Shown here in pieces: positions 49,011-58,710 of a stretch of DNA of 64,000 bases (its first letter is position 1; each line of letters opens with the position of its first letter). Below the pieces are notes generated by a model, which had not been told where the DNA came from, ran no database searches, and saw nothing but the letters and a program-made list of their open reading frames with translations. Position numbers and translations under genes: made by a program. Origin of the DNA: Paracoccus sp. (in: a-proteobacteria) (GTDB lineage: Bacteria > Pseudomonadota > Alphaproteobacteria > Rhodobacterales > Rhodobacteraceae); the NCBI GenBank assembly GCA_040392885.1, contig JBEBVF010000001.1, forward strand, positions 27,505 through 91,504, in the 5' to 3' direction.

Positions 49011-50801
49011 TCAGGACCCTGCCACGACCGCCAGGGCATGCCCCCGATCATCGCTGATCAATTGATAATCCGGATCCTTCTCGCCGGACCCACCCCAGAA
49101 ACAGGCAGGATCCGGCGGCGGCAGCGTGCTTTCGTCAAATCTCTGCAAAGTATACTGACCTGTCCCGACCGGAACCAGGTGAGGCACTGCCGAAAGCAGC
49201 CGGCGCGTATAGGGATGACGAGGATCCTCGAACAGCTGTTGCGCGGTGCCCAATTCCATGACCCGTCCGCGATACATGACGACGACCCGATCGCAGATGC
49301 TTTCGACCACCGCCAGATCATGGCTGATAAAGAGGCAGGCAAAGCCGAATTGCGCTTGCAGATTGCGCAGCAAGTCGAGGATCTGGGCCTGCACGGTCAC
49401 ATCGAGCGCCGAGACGGGCTCATCCGCCACGACCAGCTCGGGGCGCGAAACGAGGGCACGGGCAATGGCGACGCGCTGGCGCTGCCCACCCGAGAGCTGA
49501 TGGGGAAAGCGGTCGGCAAAGCCACGATCGAGACCCACAGCCTCCAGCATCTCGCCGACGCTGGCGCTGACGCTGCCAGCCGGGGCCGGACTGTCCAGGG
49601 CACGCAGACCTTCGGCGATGATCTGGCCGATGCGCATTCGCGGGCTGAGCGACGAAAAGGGGTCCTGGAAGACGATCTGCATCTTTGGCCGCAACCGGCG
49701 CAACGCACTGCCGGACATCGCCGTGATGTCCTGCCCGCGCCACAATATCTGCCCGCCCGACGAATCCTTCAGGCGGATCATGGCCCGGCCATAGGTGCTT
49801 TTACCGGAGCCGGACTCGCCAACCAGGCCGACCATTTCGCCGGGGTTGATCGCAAGGGAAAGCCGATGCACGACTGTTACCCTGCGACGAGCCAGGAAAG
49901 GCAGGCGGGAGGGCTTTTCATAGGCGACGCTCAACTCACGCGTCTCGATCAACGGCACGTCCATCGAGGGCACGGTCTCGGAACGTTCGGCCGGGGGACG
50001 CGGCAGTGCCTCCAGCAACTTGCGGGTGTAGTCGCGTGTCGGTGCGGCAAGGATGTCGGCGACGGGCCCGCTTTCGACCATCTCGCCTCGGCACATGACA
50101 GATACCCGATCGGCGTATTCCGCGACCACGCCCAGATCGTGTGTGACCAGGAGGACCGAAACGTCCAGGCGGCGCACCAGGTCGCGCATGATGTCCAGCA
50201 CCTCGCGCTGGACGATGGCGTCGAGTGCCGTAGTCGGTTCATCCGCAAGGAGGAGTTTCGGGCGCAGCATCATGACTGATGCGATCATGATGCGCTGTCG
50301 CATGCCTCCCGAAAATTCATGCGGATAGCGATCCAGACAGGTCTCGGGATCTACGATCTTCACCGCGCGCAGCATGTCCAGCGCGATTTGCCGGATTTCA
50401 GCATCCGATTTGCCGGTATGGAGCCGCATGGCTTCAGCCATCTGGGCACCGATCTTCATCGACGGGTTCAGGGACACCAATGGCTCCTGAAAGATCATCC
50501 CGATCTGGGCACCGCGCAGACGGCGGCGCCCGGCCTCATCAAGGCCCGTCAGGTCCTGACCGTCGAAATGAATGGTGCCGGCTGCAACAGACAGGCCGGG
50601 GGGCAACAGACCGATGATGGCACGCGCAATCATGGTCTTGCCGGACCCGGATTCGCCCACAAGGGCGTGAATCTCGCCGGGACGAATACTCAGGTCGACA
50701 TTGCGCACCACACGCAGCGGGTCGGGTTTGGCATGGAAGATCACATCGAGCCCGCGCAACGAGAGCAAGGGGGCCGCCTGGTCTTGGGGAATGTCTTTCA
50801 T
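49011..50801 (-). CDS. Dpp/Opp ABC ATPase, fused double NBD
   Basis: Two GESGSGK motifs, FSGGMRQR and LSGGQRQR, DEPT and DEPV, HPYT. Confidence 0.92.
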   Translation of the reverse strand: MKDIPQDQAAPLLSLRGLDVIFHAKPDPLRVVRNVDLSIRPGEIHALVGESGSGKTMIARAIIGLLPPGLSVAAGTIHFDGQDLTGLDEAGRRRLRGAQIGMIFQEPLVSLNPSMKIGAQMAEAMRLHTGKSDAEIRQIALDMLRAVKIVDPETCLDRYPHEFSGGMRQRIMIASVMMLRPKLLLADEPTTALDAIVQREVLDIMRDLVRRLDVSVLLVTHDLGVVAEYADRVSVMCRGEMVESGPVADILAAPTRDYTRKLLEALPRPPAERSETVPSMDVPLIETRELSVAYEKPSRLPFLARRRVTVVHRLSLAINPGEMVGLVGESGSGKSTYGRAMIRLKDSSGGQILWRGQDITAMSGSALRRLRPKMQIVFQDPFSSLSPRMRIGQIIAEGLRALDSPAPAGSVSASVGEMLEAVGLDRGFADRFPHQLSGGQRQRVAIARALVSRPELVVADEPVSALDVTVQAQILDLLRNLQAQFGFACLFISHDLAVVESICDRVVVMYRGRVMELGTAQQLFEDPRHPYTRRLLSAVPHLVPVGTGQYTLQRFDESTLPPPDPACFWGGSGEKDPDYQLISDDRGHALAVVAGS

Positions 50802-50809
50802 CGTGTTGG

Positions 50810-51637
50810 CTACCCTGTGTTCCGGGGGTCGAGAGCATCGCGCAGGGCGTCGCCCAGCAGGTTGATACCAACCAGGGTGACGGAGATGCAGATTCCGGGC
50901 AGAACACCCAGCCAGGGCTGGCGCGACAGCTCGCCCCTGGCTTCGGCAAGCATGTTGCCCCAGGTCGGCGCGGGTGGCGGCACCCCGAGGCCCAGAAAGC
51001 TGAGCGAGCTTTCCGCCAGCAGCACCCAACCCAGCATGGTGGTCGCCAGCACAATCAACGGCGCAAGGCAGTTCGGAAGGACATGGCGCCACAGTGTATA
51101 GAGCCCGCTGTTGCCGAGCGCGACGGAAGCCTCGACATATTCCTTCTCGCGCACCGAAAGCACGGTGCCGCGCACCAGCCGCGTGACGGAAGGCAGATAG
51201 GCCAGCCCCAGCGCCAGGATGACTCCCCATTTCGAAGGGCCGATGACAACCATCAGCGCCAGCGCGAGCAGAAGGCCCGGGAAGGCCATCAGGGCCTCGA
51301 TGACCATCATGATCAGCCGATCCGCCAATCCACCGCGATAACCGGCGATCGCGCCGAGAACGACGCCACCGACCACCGCCATCACCGCAGTCATGAAGCA
51401 GATGACGATGGAGACGCTGGCACCCGCGAGAACGCGCGAGAACTGATCGCGGCCGAAGGTGTCGGTACCGAAGGGGTGCTCCCATGAGGGCGGCACGAGG
51501 CGGCGGCCGAAATCGGGCAGCAGCGGATCATAGGGCGTCCAGACCAGGCCGACGAGCGCTGCGAGCAACGCGACGGCACAGAGCGCCAGTCCCAGCTGGC
51601 CATTGAAATGTGAGGTCAGGGCACGGAGAATTTTCAT
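50810..51637 (-). CDS. Dpp/Opp ABC permease (DppC-like)
   Basis: HPFGTD..GRD, EYVEAS.ALG, LSFLGLG, WGNML, GDALRD.LDPR. Confidence 0.92.
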   Translation of the reverse strand: MKILRALTSHFNGQLGLALCAVALLAALVGLVWTPYDPLLPDFGRRLVPPSWEHPFGTDTFGRDQFSRVLAGASVSIVICFMTAVMAVVGGVVLGAIAGYRGGLADRLIMMVIEALMAFPGLLLALALMVVIGPSKWGVILALGLAYLPSVTRLVRGTVLSVREKEYVEASVALGNSGLYTLWRHVLPNCLAPLIVLATTMLGWVLLAESSLSFLGLGVPPPAPTWGNMLAEARGELSRQPWLGVLPGICISVTLVGINLLGDALRDALDPRNTG

Positions 51638-52578
51638 TGCAGGCGCACCCTCGGGTCGATGACGGAATAAAGGATGTCGACCAGCAGGTTCACGGCGACA
51701 TAGACAAAGGCCACCAGCAACAGCGCCCCCTGCAGGACCGGGTAATCCCGCGCATAGATGCTGTCGACGATCAGCTTCCCTATGCCCGGCAGGCTGAAAA
51801 CCGTTTCGGTCACCGTCGCGCCGCCAAGCAGCGATGCCAGGATGAGACCCAGCAAGGTGAATGTCGGTCCGGCGGCGTTCTTCAGTACATGCCGCAGCAG
51901 GACCGCGGCCTCGCTCAACCCCTTGGCGCGGGCATGGGTGACATATTCGAGGCGAAGGACCTCGAGCGAGCTTGAGCGCATCATCCGCGTCAGCACACCG
52001 ATCTCGGTTACCATGAGAGCCATGACCGGCATGATCAGATAGAGAATGCCACGGCCGAAATCGTCCTGGATCGCGACATAGCCGATGGTGGGCAGCCAGT
52101 GGAGCTTGACCCCGAACAGCAGCAGCAACATCAGCCCGACCCAGAAGCTCGGCATCGACAGCGTCACTATGGCGAACAGGCTGATTCCCAGGTCCGGCTT
52201 GCGATTCTGGAACCGCGCGGCAATCAACCCGGCGGGAACCGCCACCAGTGCCGCCGCCAGAACCGCCAGGATCACCACGGTGGCCGTGACCGAAAACCGC
52301 TGGAAGATCGTCGTCAGAACTGGCTCACCCGTGCGGATGGATACGCCAAGGTCACCCGAAAGGATATTTCCGGCCCAAGCGAAGAACTGAACCGGCAGAG
52401 GCTTGTCGAGCCCCATCCGGGCCCGCAATTCGGCCAGCGCCTGCGGTGTGGCCTGGTCGGCGAGCATCAATTGCGCCGGATCGCCGGGGATCAGGCGGAT
52501 CAGTGCAAATACTGAAACCGCCACAATCAGTATCGTTGGAAGCGCCATGAGGCACCGCTTGACAAGATAAGTCCACAT
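51634..52578 (-). CDS. Dpp/Opp ABC permease (DppB-like)
   Basis: IPGDPA, GDLGVS, EYVTHARAKGL, TETVFSLPGIG. Confidence 0.92.
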   Translation of the reverse strand: MWTYLVKRCLMALPTILIVAVSVFALIRLIPGDPAQLMLADQATPQALAELRARMGLDKPLPVQFFAWAGNILSGDLGVSIRTGEPVLTTIFQRFSVTATVVILAVLAAALVAVPAGLIAARFQNRKPDLGISLFAIVTLSMPSFWVGLMLLLLFGVKLHWLPTIGYVAIQDDFGRGILYLIMPVMALMVTEIGVLTRMMRSSSLEVLRLEYVTHARAKGLSEAAVLLRHVLKNAAGPTFTLLGLILASLLGGATVTETVFSLPGIGKLIVDSIYARDYPVLQGALLLVAFVYVAVNLLVDILYSVIDPRVRLQ

Positions 52579-52637
52579 GAGAGCTTCCCGGCTGACAGCA
52601 AAGACCGGGCCCCTTGCGGAGCCCGGATCGACAATGC

Positions 52638-54191
52638 TCAACGATCAATATCGACGTTCCAGTAGATCTCGTTCCCCGTTCCGGAACCGACAAAACCCGA
52701 AACCCCGTCGCGCACGGCCAGGAAGCTGGCGCGATGACCAACGCTGTAAGCGGGAATTTCGGCGTTGAACTCGGCCTGCAACTCGTCGATCAATGCCTGC
52801 CGTTTGGTCGGGTCGGTGATCACCATCGCTTCGTCGATCAACTCCTGGGCGCGCTCGGTCCGCAATACCTTCCGGTCCTGCGCTCCTGAAATCATCTCGA
52901 AGCTCAGCGCGGGATCCAGGCGGGCGGAATAGGCGAAGGACATCAGCTGGTATTTTCCGGAATTATAGAGGTCGATCTGCGTTCCCCACTCGATCGTCTC
53001 CAGCTCCACATTGATGCCGGCGGCGGCCAGCATGGATTGGGCAATCAATGCACGTTCGAAATAGCCGCCAGACCGCTTGCTGGTGATCATGCTGATCTTC
53101 TCGCCCTGATATCCCGCCTCGGCCAGCAACTCGGCGGTTCGGGCGGGGTCGTAGCCGGGACCGGTCGCGACGGCATCCGAATAGAAGGCGGACATCGGCG
53201 GAATGACGGACATGCTGGCCTTGCCGCGCCCTTCGGTGGTGACCTCCACGATGGTGTCGCGGTCGAGGGCGTAGGCGATCGCCTCGCGCAGGGCCGGATT
53301 GGACAGCAGCGGGTCTCGCACATTTATCAGGAATGCATCCCAAACTGCGGTCGGGACCGTCAGGACAGTCGCCCCGCCCGCACCCTCGATCTCGGCGATA
53401 TCGCCCGCTTCGATTGTTGCGATGTCGAGATCTCCCGCCATGAAGGCGGTCTTCTTGACCGCGGTTTCGGGGAGGATGTGATAACGCACCCGATCGACAA
53501 GCGCTGCTTTCTGCCCCGTGTAGCCGGACGAAGGTCCCTCGGGAGAGACATAGTCTGGAAACTTCAGCAGGTCGATATATTGCGCCGGGCGGATATCGCC
53601 ATAGATGAAGGGGCCCGTGGCGACGGGTTTGATCCAGGAACCATCCGGCCCGACCGAATCGGGGTGGAGGACCGCGGTCGCACCACAATCGAATCGTGCC
53701 AGATTGCCGAGAAAGGTTGCGCTCGGACCCGCCAAGGTAAAGCGCACGGTGCTCGAATCCACGACCTCCATCGCCGTGACCGCCGGTCCCTCTTCGCCGT
53801 TGAAGGAGGTACGGCACCGCCACCCGGTTGCCGGGTCCATATAGCGGTCCCAGGACCACTTCACATGTTCCGCAGTCATGATCTCGCCGTTGTGGAACCG
53901 TACGTTATCACGCAGCGCAAAGGTATAGGTCAGACCGTCTTCACTGATCTCGACGCTCTTGGCCAGAACCGGCCGCACGCTGAAATCCTCGGCATATCCC
54001 ACCAATCCCTCGACGACATGCATCATCACCGAATCTGTCGGCCCGTCACGGTCGACGCCCGGCTGGGTGCCACGGATGTCCTGCGAAAAGCTGACATTCA
54101 GCACTTTCTCGGCCAGGGCGGGGGACGCAGCGAGCGCCACGCCCAGGGCAAGGGCACTGCTGACGAAGGCCTTGAGTCTCGATTTAGACAT
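52638..54191 (-). CDS. Dpp/Opp ABC substrate-binding protein (family 5)
   Basis: Signal peptide, EGLV, SEDGLTYTFALR...FHNG, PVATGPF, LREAI.YALDR. Confidence 0.92.
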   Translation of the reverse strand: MSKSRLKAFVSSALALGVALAASPALAEKVLNVSFSQDIRGTQPGVDRDGPTDSVMMHVVEGLVGYAEDFSVRPVLAKSVEISEDGLTYTFALRDNVRFHNGEIMTAEHVKWSWDRYMDPATGWRCRTSFNGEEGPAVTAMEVVDSSTVRFTLAGPSATFLGNLARFDCGATAVLHPDSVGPDGSWIKPVATGPFIYGDIRPAQYIDLLKFPDYVSPEGPSSGYTGQKAALVDRVRYHILPETAVKKTAFMAGDLDIATIEAGDIAEIEGAGGATVLTVPTAVWDAFLINVRDPLLSNPALREAIAYALDRDTIVEVTTEGRGKASMSVIPPMSAFYSDAVATGPGYDPARTAELLAEAGYQGEKISMITSKRSGGYFERALIAQSMLAAAGINVELETIEWGTQIDLYNSGKYQLMSFAYSARLDPALSFEMISGAQDRKVLRTERAQELIDEAMVITDPTKRQALIDELQAEFNAEIPAYSVGHRASFLAVRDGVSGFVGSGTGNEIYWNVDIDR

Positions 54192-54242
54192 TTCAATTCC
54201 CTGCGGTTGGTGTTCTGGTTTTTTCTTCTAGACCCGATCGGC

Positions 54243-55352
54243 TCAAAGCCTGAATTCGGCATAATCGCCCGGCAGATAGGGTCGTTGCCGCACCCACATC
54301 CGACCGGCGGCGGCATCCATGATGATTGATGCAACGGTTGCCGAGATCTGGTGGGCCCCGCCGGACGGATCACGCAGCACGGCGCGCGGCGCCCCGAAAC
54401 GGTCCGCAAATGCCTTGCGGAACGTCGCGTCGGTGATGGCGTTCCCGTCTGCCTCCAGCACCCGACGCACACGCCGATCCCGGTAGAGGGTATTCATTCC
54501 CTCGACGAGACCCCGATCCCGGACCTTGCTCCGCGCTGCCAATGTCACGAAGTGATTGGCATGGGTGAGGATCCCGGCTTCGGGCACCTGCCAGAAGATT
54601 TCCCCCGGAGTCGTCTCCAGATTGATCACTTCGCCCTCGGCTTCGGCTGAGCTCAGGGTCATGTTGTTCGAGATCGAACGCGGGGTCTGCGCGACCGCGT
54701 TCAAGGCGCTGCCGAAGTCATTCGCTTCCAGCGCAAGGCGGCGCACGATCGAGAGAGGAACGCCGGGTTTGCTCCAGGATTCGTCCATCGTCGACAGGTT
54801 GTTGCCGGTGATTGCGATGCCGGCCGAGTTCATGCCGGCGCGCGCCAGCCCACCCGCTTCGACATAGGTCATGACATCGGGGCCATCCTCGCGCCGCACC
54901 ACGAGGACGACTGTGAAATCCGCACATTCCTGGCGCCAATCCCAGTTCTGCCCGTGCAGAAGACGACCGTCCCGTGTCCGCTCGGGCAGGACGGCAGCGG
55001 CCGTACAGCCATCATCCAGATCCTCGCGATCCTCGGGGGAGGTGGGGATGGTGCCGGCGTTCAGGATTTCACTGCGGCCATTGATGACCAGCACTTCCGC
55101 GGGATCAAGCCCGGCCCCGGCGGCGATGGCTCCAATTTCGGCATACTGATCGGGGCAGGTTTCGGCCAATTGCCGCAACAATACGCGCCCGGTATCCACG
55201 ACCATGCCCCAGGTCAGACCCCGCGACTCCAGCAGCCGTTGATAGAATGCCGCGCCGCCCTTTATGCGTGTGTCCGCCGCACGCCCATAGGCCGCTCCAC
55301 GATCGGCGGGAGGGCCTTCGATTTCGATCAGTGGCGGGGGAGACGTCGACAT
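54243..55352 (-). CDS. C45 family autoproteolytic amidase/acyltransferase (Ntn hydrolase)
   Basis: INGRSEI, DDGCT (G-C cleavage site and nucleophile), HGQNWDW, GMNSAG, THANHF. Confidence 0.85.
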   Translation of the reverse strand: MSTSPPPLIEIEGPPADRGAAYGRAADTRIKGGAAFYQRLLESRGLTWGMVVDTGRVLLRQLAETCPDQYAEIGAIAAGAGLDPAEVLVINGRSEILNAGTIPTSPEDREDLDDGCTAAAVLPERTRDGRLLHGQNWDWRQECADFTVVLVVRREDGPDVMTYVEAGGLARAGMNSAGIAITGNNLSTMDESWSKPGVPLSIVRRLALEANDFGSALNAVAQTPRSISNNMTLSSAEAEGEVINLETTPGEIFWQVPEAGILTHANHFVTLAARSKVRDRGLVEGMNTLYRDRRVRRVLEADGNAITDATFRKAFADRFGAPRAVLRDPSGGAHQISATVASIIMDAAAGRMWVRQRPYLPGDYAEFRL

Positions 55353-56233
55353 CAGCGCGCCCCTCCTCGGATCTTCCGCAGATGCTCACGGAAGAACTCC
55401 CTCACCGCCGGAATGACGCCCGTCACGCTGTGCGACACGTTGGGAACAACGCAGAGTTCGGCATCCACACCATGCTCACGCAGCGAAGCGACGAGTGTCG
55501 TCGCCCGTTCGATCCGCGTGCTGCCGGCATCATTTGCTCCCTCCAGCCAGTGCGGCGAACCGGGGCGGTGGGTGATTTCCCAGGTCTCCACATCCGCGGC
55601 GCCGACGACCGCCAGCACCCTGACGTTGCGCAACGCCTCGAGGTCGACCGCGCGGCCGAAACGTTCCTTTGCATCACGGATGCCGACCCACCAGTCACGG
55701 CCATCGTCCAGAAGCGTCACCGAACCGGGAGCCCCCACACATACCGCCGAAACCCGCTCGGGATGCAGGAGAGCGAAGCGATGGACGAAGTGCCCGCCTC
55801 CCGAAAAGCCGAACATCATGAAGCGCGGGAAGGGTACGGACAGCCGAGCCTCGACCTCTCGCACCATGGCAAGAAGGACCAGGTCATAGCGGATATCCTG
55901 CTCCTGGATGTATTTGTAACCGTTTCGGTTCTCGTCTCCCAGCACCCCGACCGGGAACAGCGGGGCAAGTACCACGCAGTTGTTGTAGCGGCCGAATTCG
56001 CTGAACATGTCACGATAACGGGCGTTCTCGCGTCCAGTCCCGTGCATAGCCACGATCAGTTCGGGCGGCTCTTCCCCTGCCTCGCCCAGATGCTCCGGCA
56101 CATAGAGCACATAGCTGAAGCGCGGATCCGCCTTGCACGCATAGGCAACAGTATCACCGCGGTCGTAAAGTGCGTGTCCGCGACTGGCCAGATCATCCCG
56201 GGGCATGTGCTCTCCCTGTGTCATGCTCTTCAT
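55352..56233 (-). CDS. Alpha/beta hydrolase
   Basis: VAMHGTGR, VLAPLFP, FGFSGGG nucleophile elbow, VG..D, C-terminal H; start probably 56224 or 56233. Confidence 0.8.
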   Translation of the reverse strand: MKSMTQGEHMPRDDLASRGHALYDRGDTVAYACKADPRFSYVLYVPEHLGEAGEEPPELIVAMHGTGRENARYRDMFSEFGRYNNCVVLAPLFPVGVLGDENRNGYKYIQEQDIRYDLVLLAMVREVEARLSVPFPRFMMFGFSGGGHFVHRFALLHPERVSAVCVGAPGSVTLLDDGRDWWVGIRDAKERFGRAVDLEALRNVRVLAVVGAADVETWEITHRPGSPHWLEGANDAGSTRIERATTLVASLREHGVDAELCVVPNVSHSVTGVIPAVREFFREHLRKIRGGAR

Positions 56234-56281
56234 GTCCCCTGAGCTTAGGCCTCAAAATTGGTGTGTCAATAGTCAATAATA

Positions 56282-56291
56282 TTGGCGCCAA
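56282..56291. promoter_or_regulatory. Palindrome in the divergent hydrolase/GntR promoter (candidate operator)
   Basis: TTGGCGCCAA perfect palindrome within an AT-rich intergenic region. Confidence 0.4.
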
Positions 56292-56403
56292 AATACGCAT
56301 CAGTTATTTTTGCGCTTCCCAAACCGACCTGCCTGCCCCAAGTTGGCGCGGACGACCGGCGCAGAAGCCGGCAAACGTGCAAGAGAGACGACATGGGAAG
56401 GCG

Positions 56404-57018
56404 ATGGAGAAGATTGGCCTCGAACAGCTGCGCGAGAACCTGATACGGGACATCTTCTCCGGCTCGCTGCCGGGCGGCAGCTGGCTCAAGCAGGCTGACC
56501 TCGAGAGGCGATATGGAGTTTCTCGTGCCTTGGTGCGCCGGGTCCTCGATGACCTGACCGTGCGCGACTATGTACAGCATGAGCCAAACCGAGGCTATCG
56601 GGTCGCGATCCTGTCGGATGACAACCGCAACGAATTGCGCGAGATCCGGGTCGTGCTGGAATGTCATGCCGCGGCCAGTGTCATGGAGTGCGTGACACCA
56701 GCCGATGTCGACGAGTTGGCCACCTTGGCAGAGGCCTTTCGACAAGCAACACAGACCGGCACCCTGGCCGATCAGGTCACCGCGAACTTCGCCTTCCATC
56801 AGCGACTATACGAGGTCGGGCGGAATCGGACGCTCTTTGATCTTCTGATGGAGATGCACCATCGCGCCGTCGCGCGCGTCGTCACCCCCTGGCCCTCCGT
56901 CGCGCAGATGGAGCGGGCGGCAAACGATCATTTCAGCATGGTCGAGGCCTTGAAAAACGGCGATCTCGCAGCGTTGCAGGAAACTATCAGACGTCATGTG
57001 GGCCACTTGGGGAAATAA
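56404..57018 (+). CDS. GntR family regulator (FCD domain)
   Basis: LRENLIRDIFSGSLP.G..L, YGVSRALVR HTH; FAFHQRL, NDHFSMVEAL. Confidence 0.88.
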   Translation: MEKIGLEQLRENLIRDIFSGSLPGGSWLKQADLERRYGVSRALVRRVLDDLTVRDYVQHEPNRGYRVAILSDDNRNELREIRVVLECHAAASVMECVTPADVDELATLAEAFRQATQTGTLADQVTANFAFHQRLYEVGRNRTLFDLLMEMHHRAVARVVTPWPSVAQMERAANDHFSMVEALKNGDLAALQETIRRHVGHLGK

Positions 57019-57490
57019 TCCCGACCAGGTACCGCGCGCTCGTCCTGCACAAAAAACGCAGGCCTGCGAAAGCGCGGCGCAAGCCTTACCCACCTCGATC
57101 GACTGGCGCCCTGACTGGCCGAGATCCTGACGCCGGGGATTGCGCTGGCGCCAGGGCATGGCAAGGGATGGTCGCCCAATGCCTTGGGTGATCAACGACA
57201 ATGACGGCGTGGACGACAGTTCCGGCAAGACGCTGTTCTGGAGCCTCGGCAAGCTCTGATCTTGCGCTGCATCCAACCGATCCGCCGTGCTGCACAGGCC
57301 CCGGCGGGATTTTGCGTTTTTGCCAGGTGTCCAGCATCATCACCAGCGACGACACCGGCCTCCCTCCCGGCCCTGACCGCAGGCAGGGTGCTGCGCGAGG
57401 GCCGGCGCTTTCCGGTCTCCGGCCTGAAAATGAGCGGCCCAAAACATCGGCGCGACCGGCAGGCGCCTCCTGCCGTTGCGCCGGGCGTGC

Positions 57491-58393
57491 TCAGAGACCC
57501 GCAGCCTGCGGCGGCTCGGAGTGCAGGAATGGCGGGGTCAGGTCGATGCCATGCTCGCGCAGGGTCGCGTCGATGCGGCTGAACACCTCGTTGCGGCAGG
57601 CCATCTCGTGATCGTATTTCGGCACCCAGTATTTCACCTGATAGCGGATGCCTTCGGGCCCGTATTGCACCACCTGGACCTCGGGGCCCCGGCCCTGCAC
57701 GATCGTTTCGGCGCCGGTCAGCGCCTCGCGGATCAGCACCCGCGCCTCGATCACCGACAGCCGCACCGGCAGCGTCAGCTCGGCATGGTCGCGATACTCC
57801 TGCCGGGGGGCGCTGTAATTGGTGATCCGCTGGCGCGAGATCTGGCTGTTGGGCAGGATCACATAGGTGCTGTCGCGCGTGACCAGCCGCGTGGTGCGCC
57901 AGCCGATCTCCTGCACGCGGCCCTGCGCCAGCCCCTCGATCCGCACCCAGTCGCCGATGCGGAACGGGGCCTCGATCCCCAGCGCCAGACCCGAAAACGT
58001 ATCGGCCACGACATTGCGGATGGCAAAGCCCAGCACCGCCAGCACCAGCCCGGAGCCGGTCAGGATACCCGAGAGGTCCTGCCGGAAGAACAGCGACAGG
58101 CCGGCCAGCGTGGCGATGACGAAAAGGCCCACGCGCAAGAGGTCCAGCGCCACCTTTGGTACCGGTCGCTGGCCCTTGCGGCGACGGTTCAGCCGGGCGC
58201 TGACCAGCCCGTGGATCAGATGCGCCGCCGTGAACAGCGCCATCGTCACCGCGGTGTTGCGCACCATGTCCCACCACCGGGCGCCATCGGGCAGCAGCGC
58301 CAGCACCGGCCCGCCGAACAGCGCCAGCAGGATCAGGACGGCAAGGACGATCCAGGCACCCTGCGGGCGGGGCGGGCCGTCAACCCTGCTCAT
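57491..58393 (-). CDS. MscS family mechanosensitive channel
   Basis: ILTGSG...VLGFA...FSGL, PFRIGDW, V.EIGWRTT, LPNS. Confidence 0.9.
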   Translation of the reverse strand: MSRVDGPPRPQGAWIVLAVLILLALFGGPVLALLPDGARWWDMVRNTAVTMALFTAAHLIHGLVSARLNRRRKGQRPVPKVALDLLRVGLFVIATLAGLSLFFRQDLSGILTGSGLVLAVLGFAIRNVVADTFSGLALGIEAPFRIGDWVRIEGLAQGRVQEIGWRTTRLVTRDSTYVILPNSQISRQRITNYSAPRQEYRDHAELTLPVRLSVIEARVLIREALTGAETIVQGRGPEVQVVQYGPEGIRYQVKYWVPKYDHEMACRNEVFSRIDATLREHGIDLTPPFLHSEPPQAAGL

Positions 58394-58408
58394 CGGGGCA
58401 CCTTTCGG

Positions 58409-58528
58409 TCAGCGGACGGGACCGCCTGCCTCCGGGACCGCCATAGGATCGGCAGGCACGGTCCCGGTCATCGGCGCCTGAATGATCGGCGGCTCGGGCA
58501 GAGCGGGAATTCATCGAGAAGGTCACAT
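58409..58528 (-). pseudogene. Remnant N-terminus of a nitronate monooxygenase-like gene
   Basis: After GGAGGA: M*PSR*IPALPEPPIIQAPMTG...MAVPEAGG, resembling the PIIQAPMAG...AVSEAGG start of NMO-family enzymes; two in-frame stops. Confidence 0.55.
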
Positions 58529-58550
58529 GCTTGTCCTCCGCCGGTGGGTG

Positions 58551-58710
58551 ATGCCCGGCCGAGGGTAGCCAACCCCCTCGCCCGGTGAAAGCCCGGCCGG
58601 CCATGCCTTCGGGGGGCACGGGAACCTTCGGGAGCGTCCCGGACAGATAACCCTGCTTCAATGGGCTCCGACCCAAGATGAAACGGAAGCCGCCGCACCT
58701 ATATGGTCCG
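58551..58710 (+). ncRNA. Candidate structured non-coding element, family unassigned
   Basis: gaggg-tagccaacc-ccctc hairpin; two CC(TTCG)GG tetraloops at 58606-58613 and 58625-58632; gggctccgaccc hairpin; no credible ORF. Confidence 0.45.

Larger units (their letters stand above)
48660..57300. other. Lower-GC acquired catabolic/uptake module (boundaries approximate)
   Basis: Visibly more A/T third positions than the flanks; self-contained regulator, two hydrolases and ABC genes; begins where the pseudogene stops. Confidence 0.65.

Noticed and set aside
57121-57260. Possible MBL-fold remnant (EILTPGIALAPGHG)
   Set aside because: Too short and ambiguous to support without a profile search
58520-58700. 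Group II intron 5' end (GTGCG on the minus strand)
   Set aside because: No domain V/VI motif and no reverse transcriptase ORF; only about 170 nt to the next start codon
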